This document shows positions 27,410-38,375 of a stretch of 64,000 nucleotides of DNA, piece by piece. Positions within the stretch are counted from its first letter, which is position 1, and each line of letters opens with the position of its first letter. The position numbers and the translations under genes were made by a program. Under the pieces are notes generated by a model. It did not search any database, had not been told where the DNA came from, and saw nothing but the letters and a program-made list of their open reading frames with translations. The DNA is from a virus (taxonomy: Duplodnaviria > Caudoviricetes), in IMG/VR virus record IMGVR_UViG_3300028048_000001, positions 32,001 to 96,000 of that record. One strand, written 5' to 3'.

Positions 27410-28474
27410 TTAAAATAACCCACCATCGTCGGAAGAATCATCATCTTCTTTTTTTCTTTTCTTTCTATATTCTTCATCATCTTTTTCTGATTCTTTTTTA
27501 GCTTTAGAATCTTTAAGTGCAAAGATGTTAGAAAGTTTCTTCAAAGTTTCTACAATTTTCATTTGTCTTTGATATACTACTTTTTTATGATCATCTCCCT
27601 GATCATCATCCCTATATTGTAAATTCTCAGCATTTACTCTTAAAAATTCTGCTTGAATAGCAAAATAATCAGATACATTCATACTCATATTAAGAAGCCA
27701 ATAAATTGCTTTTCTTAATACAAAGAATAACATTTTAAGTGATTGAATGCTTAAAATAATAAATGCAGGAATTTTTACAATTATAGGTAATCCAGCAAGA
27801 ACTGCTGGAAATACTTCATTAAGAGAATCATAATTTTCTCCAGCAGCTTCTCTCATATGAGTAGCATTATTTTTAATACATTCATTGCATACTTTATCAA
27901 TATTACCATTTCTACATTCATTATTAAATTGCTCTGCATATTGATATAATATATGATCATGAGATTTATTATAAGATGCTTTATCGAAACTTATAGAAAA
28001 TGAATCATGACCATTTTTAATATATTCTATAGAAGAAGTAATTAATAATGATGTTCCTGCTACTACTGACATAACAGCCATATTATATAGCATAATAGGT
28101 AATTCAATATTAAGAGCAAATGCTTTAGCAAAAGTACGTTCTCTTTTTTGTATATTATCTATTAACGTATAAAGAGTAGTAACTTGTTTAGGATCTTCAT
28201 TATATTCTGTTATAAGATCTCTAATAATATTGAGACAATCAACCATTTGCTGATAATTTTCTACCTTAGTGATAATACCTTTAGATCTTGGAATAGTACC
28301 AAAATCTATAGCAGTATAATTAGATTTAATATGTTCATAAAGCTTTTCAACAATATGCTCTATATTAGATATCTTTTTAGCTTCATTGCAAAATAATATT
28401 TCTTTTTTTGTTTTATAGTCAGATAAATCATAATATTCACTGACTAATTGCATATATTGAATATCAGTAAGCAT
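27410..28474 (-). CDS. Putative virion structural protein
   Basis: DFGTIP.SKG.ITK; in a late operon; AGGAGG RBS. Confidence 0.55.
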   Translation of the reverse strand: MLTDIQYMQLVSEYYDLSDYKTKKEILFCNEAKKISNIEHIVEKLYEHIKSNYTAIDFGTIPRSKGIITKVENYQQMVDCLNIIRDLITEYNEDPKQVTTLYTLIDNIQKRERTFAKAFALNIELPIMLYNMAVMSVVAGTSLLITSSIEYIKNGHDSFSISFDKASYNKSHDHILYQYAEQFNNECRNGNIDKVCNECIKNNATHMREAAGENYDSLNEVFPAVLAGLPIIVKIPAFIILSIQSLKMLFFVLRKAIYWLLNMSMNVSDYFAIQAEFLRVNAENLQYRDDDQGDDHKKVVYQRQMKIVETLKKLSNIFALKDSKAKKESEKDDEEYRKKRKKEDDDSSDDGGLF

Positions 28475-28491
28475 AATATAATTTATCCTCC

Positions 28492-29880
28492 TTATCTATT
28501 ATTTGCCATGAGCTTAAGCATAGATTTATAAGTTTCGGTTTCTGTTTCTTTAGCAAGCATTTTATATGAAAATTCTTCAAAATATCTATTTCCATCATCA
28601 AACATAAATTTCACAGATTCTACAGAATCATCTGTAATAGCAAATCCAAGAAGATTATAAGATTCCATAAAATGCTTAGCTACGGTAGGGTCTGTAATAT
28701 CAAGATTTTCTTCTTTAAAAAGATCATCTGCATCTTCTCTGGAAATTACTACTGTGGTGATTGCAGAGAAATCATTTCTTTGTCCTCTTGCAATAGCAGT
28801 TTTCGCTGCAGCTGCTCTATTTTGAAGAAGGTTCCATGTATCACCATATGCACCTTTAACTCTTGTTGATTTAAGATCTTCTTTAGTACGAGATAATCCT
28901 AAAAGAAAATCTGTCATTTTAAGCTCACCAGTTATAGCTCTCATTAAATTAAGGAAAGATTTGCCATCTTTATTATCATTAGCAATACGTCTAAGAATTT
29001 CATCAGCATTAATACCAAGAACTTTAGACTTAATGCCAATAATAAATTCTGTAGCTACACTAGCTGTAGCAGAATTATAAAATTTAACTACAATAAGAGA
29101 AGGAACAGCAGCATTCATTTTCTTAATATCTTGATCTTTAAGAATCATAGAAGAATGCCTAGTTTTATTATCATCTTTATTATTAATATCCATCTCTGTA
29201 AAAGATTTAAAAGTAACTTTATAATTATCAAATGACTCTTTTACTATGAAATCATTAATACTTCTCTCATTAAGTTGAGTATCATAAATTTGATATTTTT
29301 CTGCATCACTAAACATTTCCATTAATTCTTTCATCTGTTGATTTGAAATATTAATAGAATTATCATGTTCAAACATTCCATCAAGATTAAATTCATTTAA
29401 ACTATTATTAATTATTGATCCAGAAACTGTAGAAGTTTCTCTAATCTTTTTATTTCTAAAATTAGATATGTCTCTACCCATTGCATTAATAATAGTTGCC
29501 ATAGCAGCCATATCATCTCCACCAATATTTAAGTTTTGATGAAATTTTCTTAAATATTCTGCACCATTTTCTGCATTAGAAATATTCATCATCTGTAATG
29601 CAAGTTGAATAATGATGCAACCTTTTTGCTCGATATATTTAGAAATCATCTGGGCAGTACCAGAACTAACAGATCTACTAATTAAAATTGGATAAACAGC
29701 AATTAATTTTGATGCTGCTTTAGCTGTAGAAGAATAAGAATATGAGTCTCTTTTATCACTAATACTACTAGCATTTCCAGTAGCTAATGCTATTCCTTCT
29801 CCAGCAGCAGCTATAAGTTGACTAACATTTTTAATTGTATTAGGATCAACCATTTCATGTAGATGCTTTGACATCTGCAT
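28492..29880 (-). CDS. Putative virion structural protein
   Basis: First gene after an AACA-N6-TA promoter; central region rich in hydrophobic-X-E sites. Confidence 0.55.
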   Translation of the reverse strand: MQMSKHLHEMVDPNTIKNVSQLIAAAGEGIALATGNASSISDKRDSYSYSSTAKAASKLIAVYPILISRSVSSGTAQMISKYIEQKGCIIIQLALQMMNISNAENGAEYLRKFHQNLNIGGDDMAAMATIINAMGRDISNFRNKKIRETSTVSGSIINNSLNEFNLDGMFEHDNSINISNQQMKELMEMFSDAEKYQIYDTQLNERSINDFIVKESFDNYKVTFKSFTEMDINNKDDNKTRHSSMILKDQDIKKMNAAVPSLIVVKFYNSATASVATEFIIGIKSKVLGINADEILRRIANDNKDGKSFLNLMRAITGELKMTDFLLGLSRTKEDLKSTRVKGAYGDTWNLLQNRAAAAKTAIARGQRNDFSAITTVVISREDADDLFKEENLDITDPTVAKHFMESYNLLGFAITDDSVESVKFMFDDGNRYFEEFSYKMLAKETETETYKSMLKLMANNR

Positions 29881-29903
29881 ACCTCCTAAAGAGTATGAAT
29901 ATT

Positions 29904-29914
29904 ATACTAATGTT
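29904..29914 (-). promoter_or_regulatory. Late promoter AAC(A/T/C)-N6-TA (representative copy)
   Basis: AACA-ttagta-TA; also upstream of genes at ~7798(-), 11473(-), 27322(-), 30466(+), 35883(+), 39755(-), 41507(-), 52337(-); matches the AR9 nvRNAP consensus AACA-N6-TA/G. Confidence 0.7.
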
Positions 29915-30099
29915 AAAAAATAAAATATATTATGTTTTAAATAAATAAAATAATACGAATATAATTCATATTATTTTATTTATTTTTAATCTTCATGATC
30001 AATCATTATATAAAATAAGCAAATAATAATCATGAAGACTTTAAACATAAAATATCCATATTCTTCAAAAAATTCAGTCATTATTTTTATTCTCCTATT

Positions 30100-30363
30100 T
30101 TATTTTTTATTTATAAATTCTATAGCTTTTCTATCTTCTTTAAATTCTTTTCCAATAAAATCTGATGCAGCTTTTCTTTTTGTTTCATCAAAAGAACCAA
30201 CAACAGAATCAATTAATCCAAACCCAACATCTCTTCTTTTTGTGTAATTGGTTATCATTGTTCCACAACATTCTATCCCATAAGTTAATAATCCAATAAT
30301 TAAATGATCCATATTTACCTTTTCTGTAATTTTATTTAAAAAATCATTCACAATATGTTTCAC
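30100..30363 (-). CDS. Small hypothetical protein
   Basis: Downstream of the early-type promoter at ~30413-30428; GTG start, weak RBS. Confidence 0.5.
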   Translation of the reverse strand: MKHIVNDFLNKITEKVNMDHLIIGLLTYGIECCGTMITNYTKRRDVGFGLIDSVVGSFDETKRKAASDFIGKEFKEDRKAIEFINKK

Positions 30364-30501
30364 TTTCTATTGTATTGATAAAATGATATTATTCTCTTTA
30401 TAACACCATTTCATTATTATAATATATTTTTATATTTTATTTTATCCATTATATTTAGTAGGCTGAACTTTAATATAATATTTCAAATTAGGAGTATTAG
30501 A

Positions 30502-31800
30502 ATGGCTGAAAATACAAAATACTTCAGCAATCTAGAACCTAGTGTTATAGATAAATCTAGAACTATTCCAGAAAATTTAAAACCATATAATAGAATAACA
30601 GATGAATTTATGTCATCTGTTGGTCTATATTCTAAAGAAGAATTAGAAAAATCTAGATTTAATAAATATTCTAGATTCGGCAGACCTTTAGATCCTTATG
30701 GAAAATTAAATGATTGTAGAGAATATTTATTTTTTGTTAAACCAGATCTTCATATTGTTGTTCCAAGCGGAGAAACATCAGAAGGTATATATAAATTAGG
30801 ATTATCTTCTTCTGGTTCTTTATATTATGAAGATACTTCATCTTATAACAATTTAAGACTTAATCCTCAATTAGATAATAATCCATATTTTAGAGAATTA
30901 ATAACATCTCACCCAGATGTTATTAGACAACTACAAAAGAGTGCTCCAGTACAATCAGGAATGATTGCAAATGATCCATTTTGTCATTTATTAAGTTTTT
31001 CAGTAAATAGTTATTTGGAACTTCCTGGATCTGAAGCTACTACTTTAGATAATTCATCTACAGTATTTGGTACATCTTATGAATATTTAAAAGATGCAGA
31101 AGAAGCAGACGAAAATCCTTCTTTTTCACTTGAATTTATGGATAATAAGTATTTAGATACTTATCATTTTTTTAAAGCTTATTCTGAATATCATATAGCT
31201 AGAAAATCTGGTTTAGTTACTCCTCCTTCATTAAATTATTATAGATATAAAAGGCTTCATAATACTATGGGTATTTATAAATTCATTGTGGCTGAAGATA
31301 TGGAAACTATTATTTATTATGCATACTTTTGGGGGGTATATCCTACATCTTGTCCAAGAGAAACATTTAGTGATCCATTATTTAATGAAGGACTTACTTT
31401 TTCTGTAAGCTTTAAATCTGCTTTTATAGAAGATATGAATCCTATTATATTAGCACAGTTTAATAAGTTAATGAGTAATGTTATAACTTCATATGGAATT
31501 AACAAAAATGTTTGGCTTCCTGTAGTTAAACAAAATGCTTCTAATGAAACATTATATGCTTCAAAAATAGGTCAGCCAGCTGTACGAATAATGGATAATT
31601 CTTATGATGTAACATCTTTAGGGTTACCTAATTCTAATAAAGGTGTATTTCCTACAAGTATGATTAATGGGGAATTACCAGTGGCTGCTCTTGTTGATGG
31701 TAGACATATTTCTACAAATAAACTTACCATTGAACAAGAGAGACCTAAATATAAATTAAGATGGTATGGAATACCAAAGGAGATATCAGTCAATGGCTAA
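30502..31800 (+). CDS. Virion structural protein (tail tube/baseplate-like)
   Basis: YLFFVKPDL, YA...GVYP...P, SF motifs like tube-fold proteins of this group; late promoter at 30466. Confidence 0.55.
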   Translation: MAENTKYFSNLEPSVIDKSRTIPENLKPYNRITDEFMSSVGLYSKEELEKSRFNKYSRFGRPLDPYGKLNDCREYLFFVKPDLHIVVPSGETSEGIYKLGLSSSGSLYYEDTSSYNNLRLNPQLDNNPYFRELITSHPDVIRQLQKSAPVQSGMIANDPFCHLLSFSVNSYLELPGSEATTLDNSSTVFGTSYEYLKDAEEADENPSFSLEFMDNKYLDTYHFFKAYSEYHIARKSGLVTPPSLNYYRYKRLHNTMGIYKFIVAEDMETIIYYAYFWGVYPTSCPRETFSDPLFNEGLTFSVSFKSAFIEDMNPIILAQFNKLMSNVITSYGINKNVWLPVVKQNASNETLYASKIGQPAVRIMDNSYDVTSLGLPNSNKGVFPTSMINGELPVAALVDGRHISTNKLTIEQERPKYKLRWYGIPKEISVNG

Positions 31801-34800
31801 GAAATCAGTAAACTCAGATATCTACAATCTTTCTCAACTTGTAGACGATGTAAAAAAGACTTTTATACCAAATGAAACTGATGAGACTCTGGCTATTGGC
31901 ACATATGGATATATTGGTGCTCTTGAGTCTCATAGATTACAAACTCAAGTTCAGATGACTGGAGAATTATGTAATGAATCGTTTCCTTCCAGGGCAAGAC
32001 TTGAACGTAATGTTATAACCCATGCTATAATGGCAAATATTGAAGATATAAATGCTATTCCTGCTAAGATGACAACTTATCTGATTCTTAAAGAATCAGA
32101 TGTTGATTATTATCTTGATAGATCTAATAGTACATTTACTATTGACAGAGAATGTCCTATTTATATTGGAGATTATGAATTTCATTTAGAATATGATATT
32201 ATTTTAAAACAAATTTATATTCCAGATAAAGATGTAAATACATATGCAGCTTGGTATAATATTCCCGAAAAAAGAGAAGTTCCTACAAGTTCTGTAGATC
32301 TTTCTACTGGAAATCCATATATATCTCCTCCTGCTATTGTGAATATAGGAAATCAAAATTATATTTATATTACTACAACTTTATCTCAAGTTTCTCATTT
32401 TACAGAATATAAAAAATTAGTTACTTCAAATATAATTGATAATAAAACTTTAAATTTTGAATTTGAAGATCAGTTAGCATATTTTGAAGTAGAAATAGAT
32501 GAATCAAATGATGTAAAATATTTACAACCAGTTTTTGAAGGATCTAATGTACCAGATAATGCTTATTTATATTATTGCTGGTACCAGTATATGGATAGTA
32601 ATCTTATACGAATTAGATTTGATAGAAAATCTTATATGCCAGGACTTAATGCGAATGTTAGTGTCCTTATAAAAACCACAAAAGGAGCAGAAGGAAACTT
32701 TGATCATAGAGGACAAATTGCCGTATCTTTATCTTCTGATAGATATGGATATAAAAATATTCCTATGATTCTTGATCCTGTTACTTCATCGGTTAATGGT
32801 AGAGATAGAAAAACTAAAGAAGAATTACAATCTTTAATTCCTAAAGAATTACTTTCCAGAGGTTCTCTTACTACTATTACAGATTTAAATAACTATTTTT
32901 CTACACTTGATACAGAAGAAGGTAGAGTAGTTATTCAAAAGAAAATAGATAATCAGATAGAAAGAGTATATTATGCATATTTAGTTGCTAAAGATAGTAA
33001 TAATAATATTATTCCTTCTAATACTATTGATCTTAAAGTAGGTTTAGAAGATTTGGTTGCTACAAGAATACCAGGATCTTTATCCGATAGATATACTCTT
33101 AAATCTGGTATGTGTATAAAACTTGATGAAGACGGGATAGGATATATAAATCATAACCCTTTACAAGCTACTCAAGAAACATTAATTGCTGGAGTTGTAA
33201 AAAGAGGACAATTAGTAAAAGGAAAATTTAAAGCTAAAATAACAGATGCTACAGTAGATTCTGTATCTGCTGAAGTTTTAGTAGATGGAAATTCTGCTGG
33301 ATGTGTTGTTATACCTGATAATTATGTTTTATATTCTAATTCTAAAAATCCTATTGAGGTTGAAGATTATATGCTTATGTCGGTAGGAAAAAGATATCTT
33401 TATAAATTTGAATATGTAACAAAACAAAATGATCCTGTAATTAGATTAACAGATTCAAATTTAGATTGTTTAGATTTTATTAAAGGATATTACTATATTC
33501 CGGGATATGAAGAAGATAAAACATATTTTGATTCTATTCCAATTTCTTTTAGAGGATATGAGAAGAATACAAGAATAGTTATTGCACTTGAATATAGATT
33601 AAATAATAATCCTAATAAAGTTACAACGTTTAGAAATGGATCTCTTTATAAAAGTCTTAATTCAAATAAGACTACAGGAGATTTTGATGATATTGCTGCA
33701 ATATGTGGTGTATATTCTAGAATACAATCTGTAACAAATTATGATACAGATATTTTTGAAATTTTTAAAGATGATAACAATGAATGGACAATAAATATTC
33801 TTCAGCCATTTGAAGATGAAAAAACCATTGATGTTTGGGCAGAACAAGGTTTAGTTACATTAACTGTTTCACAGACAGATAATATCATCGAAAATGTTTT
33901 TGGTATTTCTGAATTAGATATCACTGGAGAAGATTTTTCTCGTATTATAAAAATTGATGGATATGTAGAAGAAACTAAGCTTTATGTTAGAGATCCAGAA
34001 GCTTATGTAAGATATCAAACATTAGTATTGACATCTACTGATGTAGAATATAGATATACTTGTTATATTCCTTCTATTAATGTATCAAATATGCCAACTG
34101 TATTAAAAGAAGGAGATATTATTGAATTCGAATATTCTTATAGATCTCCTAATAGTAATACTCAACCTAGAATAGATATAATTCTTTCTGAAGGATTAGA
34201 ATATGTACCATTTTCTCATTCAATAGATACTGAGGAATATGAATATTCTGTAGAACCTGTAGAAAGAAATATTAGAAATGAAGGATTTATTTATACTAAT
34301 CCTTATGCAATTAGTATAAATGGATACCATTTATATTCAGCATTTTATATGATGTCTATGGATGAAAATCCATATTTACATTATGATTATGTATATGAAA
34401 AATCTGATATACAATTTATTGCAAATAATATTAGATGGACTAGAGATTTCTTAGGTGAAAATAAAGAAGTATATCATTTTAGTTTTGATGCCATACAATC
34501 TGTACAAGAAGATTTAGGCTTATTCCCAGAAGATGAAGAAGGTAATAAATATCCACCTTTAGTAAAAGCTATTGCTATATTTTATAAGAATGATATTCCT
34601 TATAGATATAGAACTTTAAATTTATCAGACTGGGATGAAAATGAATATACTTTTACATTTGAACAAGATTTTTATGCTACAGATGTATTTGATAATGATA
34701 ATTCTATTAAAGTAGAAAATATGACTCCTATCAATGTAAGAGAGGATAGAGTATTCCAATGTAAATTTACTTGTGATTTTAGAGAATATAATTTGATGTC

Positions 34801-35881
34801 TGATGGTACATTTACAGAAAAATTGTCAGACTTTATAGCTAGATTTGGTATATCTGGAGAAATAGAAGACTATTATTCTACTAATGAAAATATATTTAGT
34901 TTTATTATAGAAAATCAAAATACTTCTTCTGAAGAAGTTTATATTTGTATGAACGAAGCTTTTGTAAAAGAAGAAAGTATTTTGGTTACAGTTGATGGTA
35001 CAGAATATCAAATAAGAGCTGAAAAAACTTATATTGAATCTGGATTTATGAGTCCTACTACTAAAGTAAGAATTTATATGCTTTGTGGTTTAGGAGATTA
35101 TTCTAAATATGATTTAATGAATTATGTTCCATTAATTGATAGAAACTGGACAGTTACAAATGTATATGATGTTGTAAATGGAGTTACAATGTATCATAAC
35201 TATTCTGGAGTTATGGGTTCACAGATAGTTCCATATGGAACAAGTAATACCGATGAAGAAGGTAATACTACCATGACTTTAGAAGGATATTATATTTATA
35301 GTGTACCAGTTTTAGGTTATGATTATTGTACTAATGAATATTTAGTACAAGAAGCAATAAATGGATTAAATTATAGAAAATCATATATAGATGCAGTTAT
35401 TGATAAATTAGAAAATTCGTTTGGTATTGATTTTAAATTATTTAATACATATGGACCATCACATACTTATTATATTATTAGGGATACTAATTCTAATATG
35501 ATCCTTGACGAAGAAAAAGAATATATTGATAAAGTACATCTTACTCTTAATTTCAGAATTAAACTTCAATCTAGTAAAGATTCATATACTAAAGATAATA
35601 TCGTTAGAGATATTAAAGAATATATGGAAGATCTTGATAAGCTTGGAGAACTTCATATTCCTAATTTAGTTACGTTAATTACTAATAATTATAAAGAACA
35701 AATTGTATATTTTGAATATCTTGGATTTAACTCTTATGGAGCAGATATTCAGCATATCTATAGAGATGATGATAGTAAAATAGATATCCATATCGCACCT
35801 GAGTTCCTTAATGTTGCTAATATAATAGATGCTGATGGAACTCTTAGTCCAGATATAAATATCTATGTATCTGATATGTAA
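31793..35881 (+). CDS. Large baseplate (wedge-like) structural protein; start corrected to MAKKSV
   Basis: AAGGAG before ATG 31793; E.FP.RA.L...V..HA, TTKGAEGNF, G.D......L, T.TDLNNYF resemble baseplate wedge/J-like proteins. Confidence 0.6.
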   Translation: MAKKSVNSDIYNLSQLVDDVKKTFIPNETDETLAIGTYGYIGALESHRLQTQVQMTGELCNESFPSRARLERNVITHAIMANIEDINAIPAKMTTYLILKESDVDYYLDRSNSTFTIDRECPIYIGDYEFHLEYDIILKQIYIPDKDVNTYAAWYNIPEKREVPTSSVDLSTGNPYISPPAIVNIGNQNYIYITTTLSQVSHFTEYKKLVTSNIIDNKTLNFEFEDQLAYFEVEIDESNDVKYLQPVFEGSNVPDNAYLYYCWYQYMDSNLIRIRFDRKSYMPGLNANVSVLIKTTKGAEGNFDHRGQIAVSLSSDRYGYKNIPMILDPVTSSVNGRDRKTKEELQSLIPKELLSRGSLTTITDLNNYFSTLDTEEGRVVIQKKIDNQIERVYYAYLVAKDSNNNIIPSNTIDLKVGLEDLVATRIPGSLSDRYTLKSGMCIKLDEDGIGYINHNPLQATQETLIAGVVKRGQLVKGKFKAKITDATVDSVSAEVLVDGNSAGCVVIPDNYVLYSNSKNPIEVEDYMLMSVGKRYLYKFEYVTKQNDPVIRLTDSNLDCLDFIKGYYYIPGYEEDKTYFDSIPISFRGYEKNTRIVIALEYRLNNNPNKVTTFRNGSLYKSLNSNKTTGDFDDIAAICGVYSRIQSVTNYDTDIFEIFKDDNNEWTINILQPFEDEKTIDVWAEQGLVTLTVSQTDNIIENVFGISELDITGEDFSRIIKIDGYVEETKLYVRDPEAYVRYQTLVLTSTDVEYRYTCYIPSINVSNMPTVLKEGDIIEFEYSYRSPNSNTQPRIDIILSEGLEYVPFSHSIDTEEYEYSVEPVERNIRNEGFIYTNPYAISINGYHLYSAFYMMSMDENPYLHYDYVYEKSDIQFIANNIRWTRDFLGENKEVYHFSFDAIQSVQEDLGLFPEDEEGNKYPPLVKAIAIFYKNDIPYRYRTLNLSDWDENEYTFTFEQDFYATDVFDNDNSIKVENMTPINVREDRVFQCKFTCDFREYNLMSDGTFTEKLSDFIARFGISGEIEDYYSTNENIFSFIIENQNTSSEEVYICMNEAFVKEESILVTVDGTEYQIRAEKTYIESGFMSPTTKVRIYMLCGLGDYSKYDLMNYVPLIDRNWTVTNVYDVVNGVTMYHNYSGVMGSQIVPYGTSNTDEEGNTTMTLEGYYIYSVPVLGYDYCTNEYLVQEAINGLNYRKSYIDAVIDKLENSFGIDFKLFNTYGPSHTYYIIRDTNSNMILDEEKEYIDKVHLTLNFRIKLQSSKDSYTKDNIVRDIKEYMEDLDKLGELHIPNLVTLITNNYKEQIVYFEYLGFNSYGADIQHIYRDDDSKIDIHIAPEFLNVANIIDADGTLSPDINIYVSDM

Positions 35882-35919
35882 AAACTTACATATAAATATG
35901 ATTCCAAAGGAGAATTATT

Positions 35920-36849
35920 ATGGGACTCAGAGAAGATAGGAATTATCTTAAAGAAAGAAAAGAATTAAGAAAATCTCTTGCTGAAAATGCTAAAAAACAA
36001 GAGATTGAAAATATTAATAGACTTCATGAAGAATATGATAATATTAAACTTATGCATGAAGCAAAAGTAGATAAATTTTTCCAATATAAAGATGATGTAA
36101 AGAAAACTCTTATTACTGAAGCTCTTGGAAAAATTTATAAAAATTCTATTTATCATATCACTGATAGAGAAGCTAGTCTTTGTGATGCTTTACTCGGCAG
36201 TTATATAGAATCTACTGGTGTTGATACTATTCTTAGAAATATGAAATTCTCTAAATCTGGCATTCTTGTTAGTATTTATGAAGCAGAACAAGATGCTTTT
36301 GATAAGATTACAGATGGAGCAAATGCTGAAGATATAAATTCTCAAACTATTGATCCTAAGGCTATTGACGATTTTTGGGATGAAATTGATAAGAATAATG
36401 ATATTGAAGATATAACTAATACTATTAGACTTAGAGTATCTAATGCTGAAGAAGATTTTGTTAATAGGAATCAAGCAGATAAAGAAGATATTAAAACTAT
36501 CTTAAAAGATACAGCAGAAAGAGTTCAGAATGCTAAATCTACTAATGATAATGATTACTCTGATGCTGTAGAAGAATCTGAAATGAGAATTGCTAAAGAT
36601 AAGATTTATCAGATTCAGCATGAAGGATATCATAATATATTTGATAGAATGGTTAGAAATATTTCTGAATCTGTTATTAAAAATGAAGAGATTAAGAAAG
36701 AATTTACTCTTGAAAATGGTAGACTCGATATGAATAAGATCGTTGAATCTGCTAGATGTATGTATACACTTTTAGAAATGGTTTCTACACTTAAAATTGA
36801 AAATGTAGATTCTCAATATATTGAAGATGCTCTTAAATCTATTAAATAA
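35920..36849 (+). CDS. Putative virion head protein
   Basis: Own late promoter (AACT-tacata-TA), biased codons, many hydrophobic-X-E sites, C-terminal YTLLEMVSTLK. Confidence 0.55.
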   Translation: MGLREDRNYLKERKELRKSLAENAKKQEIENINRLHEEYDNIKLMHEAKVDKFFQYKDDVKKTLITEALGKIYKNSIYHITDREASLCDALLGSYIESTGVDTILRNMKFSKSGILVSIYEAEQDAFDKITDGANAEDINSQTIDPKAIDDFWDEIDKNNDIEDITNTIRLRVSNAEEDFVNRNQADKEDIKTILKDTAERVQNAKSTNDNDYSDAVEESEMRIAKDKIYQIQHEGYHNIFDRMVRNISESVIKNEEIKKEFTLENGRLDMNKIVESARCMYTLLEMVSTLKIENVDSQYIEDALKSIK

Positions 36850-36866
36850 ATTTTAAATAATATAAA

Positions 36867-36895
36867 AAGGAGTAGACTTATAAAGTCTACTCCTT
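36867..36895. terminator. Bidirectional terminator between convergent genes
   Basis: AAGGAGTAGACTT-ata-AAGTCTACTCCTT. Confidence 0.9.
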
Positions 36896-36926
36896 GTATT
36901 TTATTTTGTAATTATTATTTTATCAA

Positions 36927-37496
36927 TTAAATTTTTACATCTCTTATCTTGCATTTTTTATAATGATTCTTTCGTTTTCTATATTCTTTTCTTTCTTTTT
37001 TAGTATTTTTTGAAAGTTTAGTATAATTTTTACTGTTATCTGATTTCCATTTATCATGCTCTACAATATATGTAAGCATAGATAATATATCTTTTTGTCC
37101 TTTATAATTTTGCTTATGATAATGATATTGTATATGTTTATTCTTTACTTTTAATTTTGATATTCTTTCTGAATTTGCATGATATAGTTCTAATCCATAC
37201 CTTGTAGATTCTGTAGTAATCTTCCAAGCAGATGTTATATTATCGATAAACATTGAATCATCTTCAATATACATCTTCATATAATTATGAAGAATAAATC
37301 TATCTATTTCTTCCTTATCTTTATTATAATATGATACTAATCTGGAACATTTGTAACAATGAGTATAACCATGATTTCTAGCATCATTTTTTGAATTAAA
37401 ATTTATTCTATATTTTTCTGGAATAGAATCTATACATATGCAATCTTTATAATGAAATATTTTTCTTTTAGAATCTCCTATTAGTGCAAGACTCAT
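36927..37496 (-). CDS. Protein with N-terminal Ada-like metal-binding domain
   Basis: IG....KIFH..DC.....I......F.S...A...GY..C.KC. Confidence 0.6.
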   Translation of the reverse strand: MSLALIGDSKRKIFHYKDCICIDSIPEKYRINFNSKNDARNHGYTHCYKCSRLVSYYNKDKEEIDRFILHNYMKMYIEDDSMFIDNITSAWKITTESTRYGLELYHANSERISKLKVKNKHIQYHYHKQNYKGQKDILSMLTYIVEHDKWKSDNSKNYTKLSKNTKKERKEYRKRKNHYKKCKIRDVKI

Positions 37497-37514
37497 GTAT
37501 ATTATCCTTCTTCC

Positions 37515-37874
37515 TCAAATTCTAATAATAATATTATTAGTTCCTACTATTGTAATATTAATTAAATTTGGAGTAATCGTAACATACTCTCCTAATTTAT
37601 TAATAATTTTTTGTAAAGCTTTAGAAGCTTTATTTAGATAGAAACTATATTGATCAGAGAAAGATTTAGATATTTCATTATCAAATTTTGATGGCTCAAA
37701 TCCAATATCTATATTTAACCCACCATATTGATCACATTGAAATTTAAAATCATAAGCATTAAATATTTCAGAAAAAGACCCAATAAATTCTGCTTTAAAT
37801 TGAGGTTTAGAATAAACATTTGTTCTAAGATAAGAGATGGTAGAGGTAATATTATCAGAATCTAATACTGTCAT
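37515..37874 (-). CDS. Hypothetical protein
   Basis: In operon; RBS GGTGG. Confidence 0.7.
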   Translation of the reverse strand: MTVLDSDNITSTISYLRTNVYSKPQFKAEFIGSFSEIFNAYDFKFQCDQYGGLNIDIGFEPSKFDNEISKSFSDQYSFYLNKASKALQKIINKLGEYVTITPNLINITIVGTNNIIIRI

Positions 37875-37903
37875 TATCTTTTACCACCTAATATTATTTA
37901 TTC

Positions 37904-38356
37904 TTATTCTTCATCTTTTTCATTAATATCACATTCTTCAAAAAGTTCATCTGTATCACTAATAACATATCCTGTTTTTTCAGCCAATTCAACAATAATT
38001 GAATCTCCAAGATCAATAGATACGTGATCATAAACCCAATCAAGAAGAGTAAAAGCTAATCTAAAGCAGTCAATTGTAATATCTTTAACCTTTTTATCAA
38101 ATGCTTTATAATACTTATCAAGTACTTTATATTTAACTTCTTTTTTACCAATTTCTTCATTAAATTCATCTTCATCAGAGCATTTTACTTTTGCACTATA
38201 TTTATTTTTAATAAGAAGAGAATCATAATCCCTTATCTTAAAAAACTTAGAATTATTATTAACCTTTTTATCAATAAAAGTAAGAAAATCTTTTTCAGCA
38301 TTATCAAGAGTACCAACAGTGACTTTAGTTTCAGTATTTACAACTTTAGTAATCAT
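37904..38356 (-). CDS. Hypothetical phage protein with C...D.F.EEIGK motif
   Basis: YSAKVKCSDEDEFNEEIGKKEV; AAAGGAG RBS. Confidence 0.65.
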   Translation of the reverse strand: MITKVVNTETKVTVGTLDNAEKDFLTFIDKKVNNNSKFFKIRDYDSLLIKNKYSAKVKCSDEDEFNEEIGKKEVKYKVLDKYYKAFDKKVKDITIDCFRLAFTLLDWVYDHVSIDLGDSIIVELAEKTGYVISDTDELFEECDINEKDEE

Positions 38357-38375
38357 TTTATAATCTCCTTTTAAT

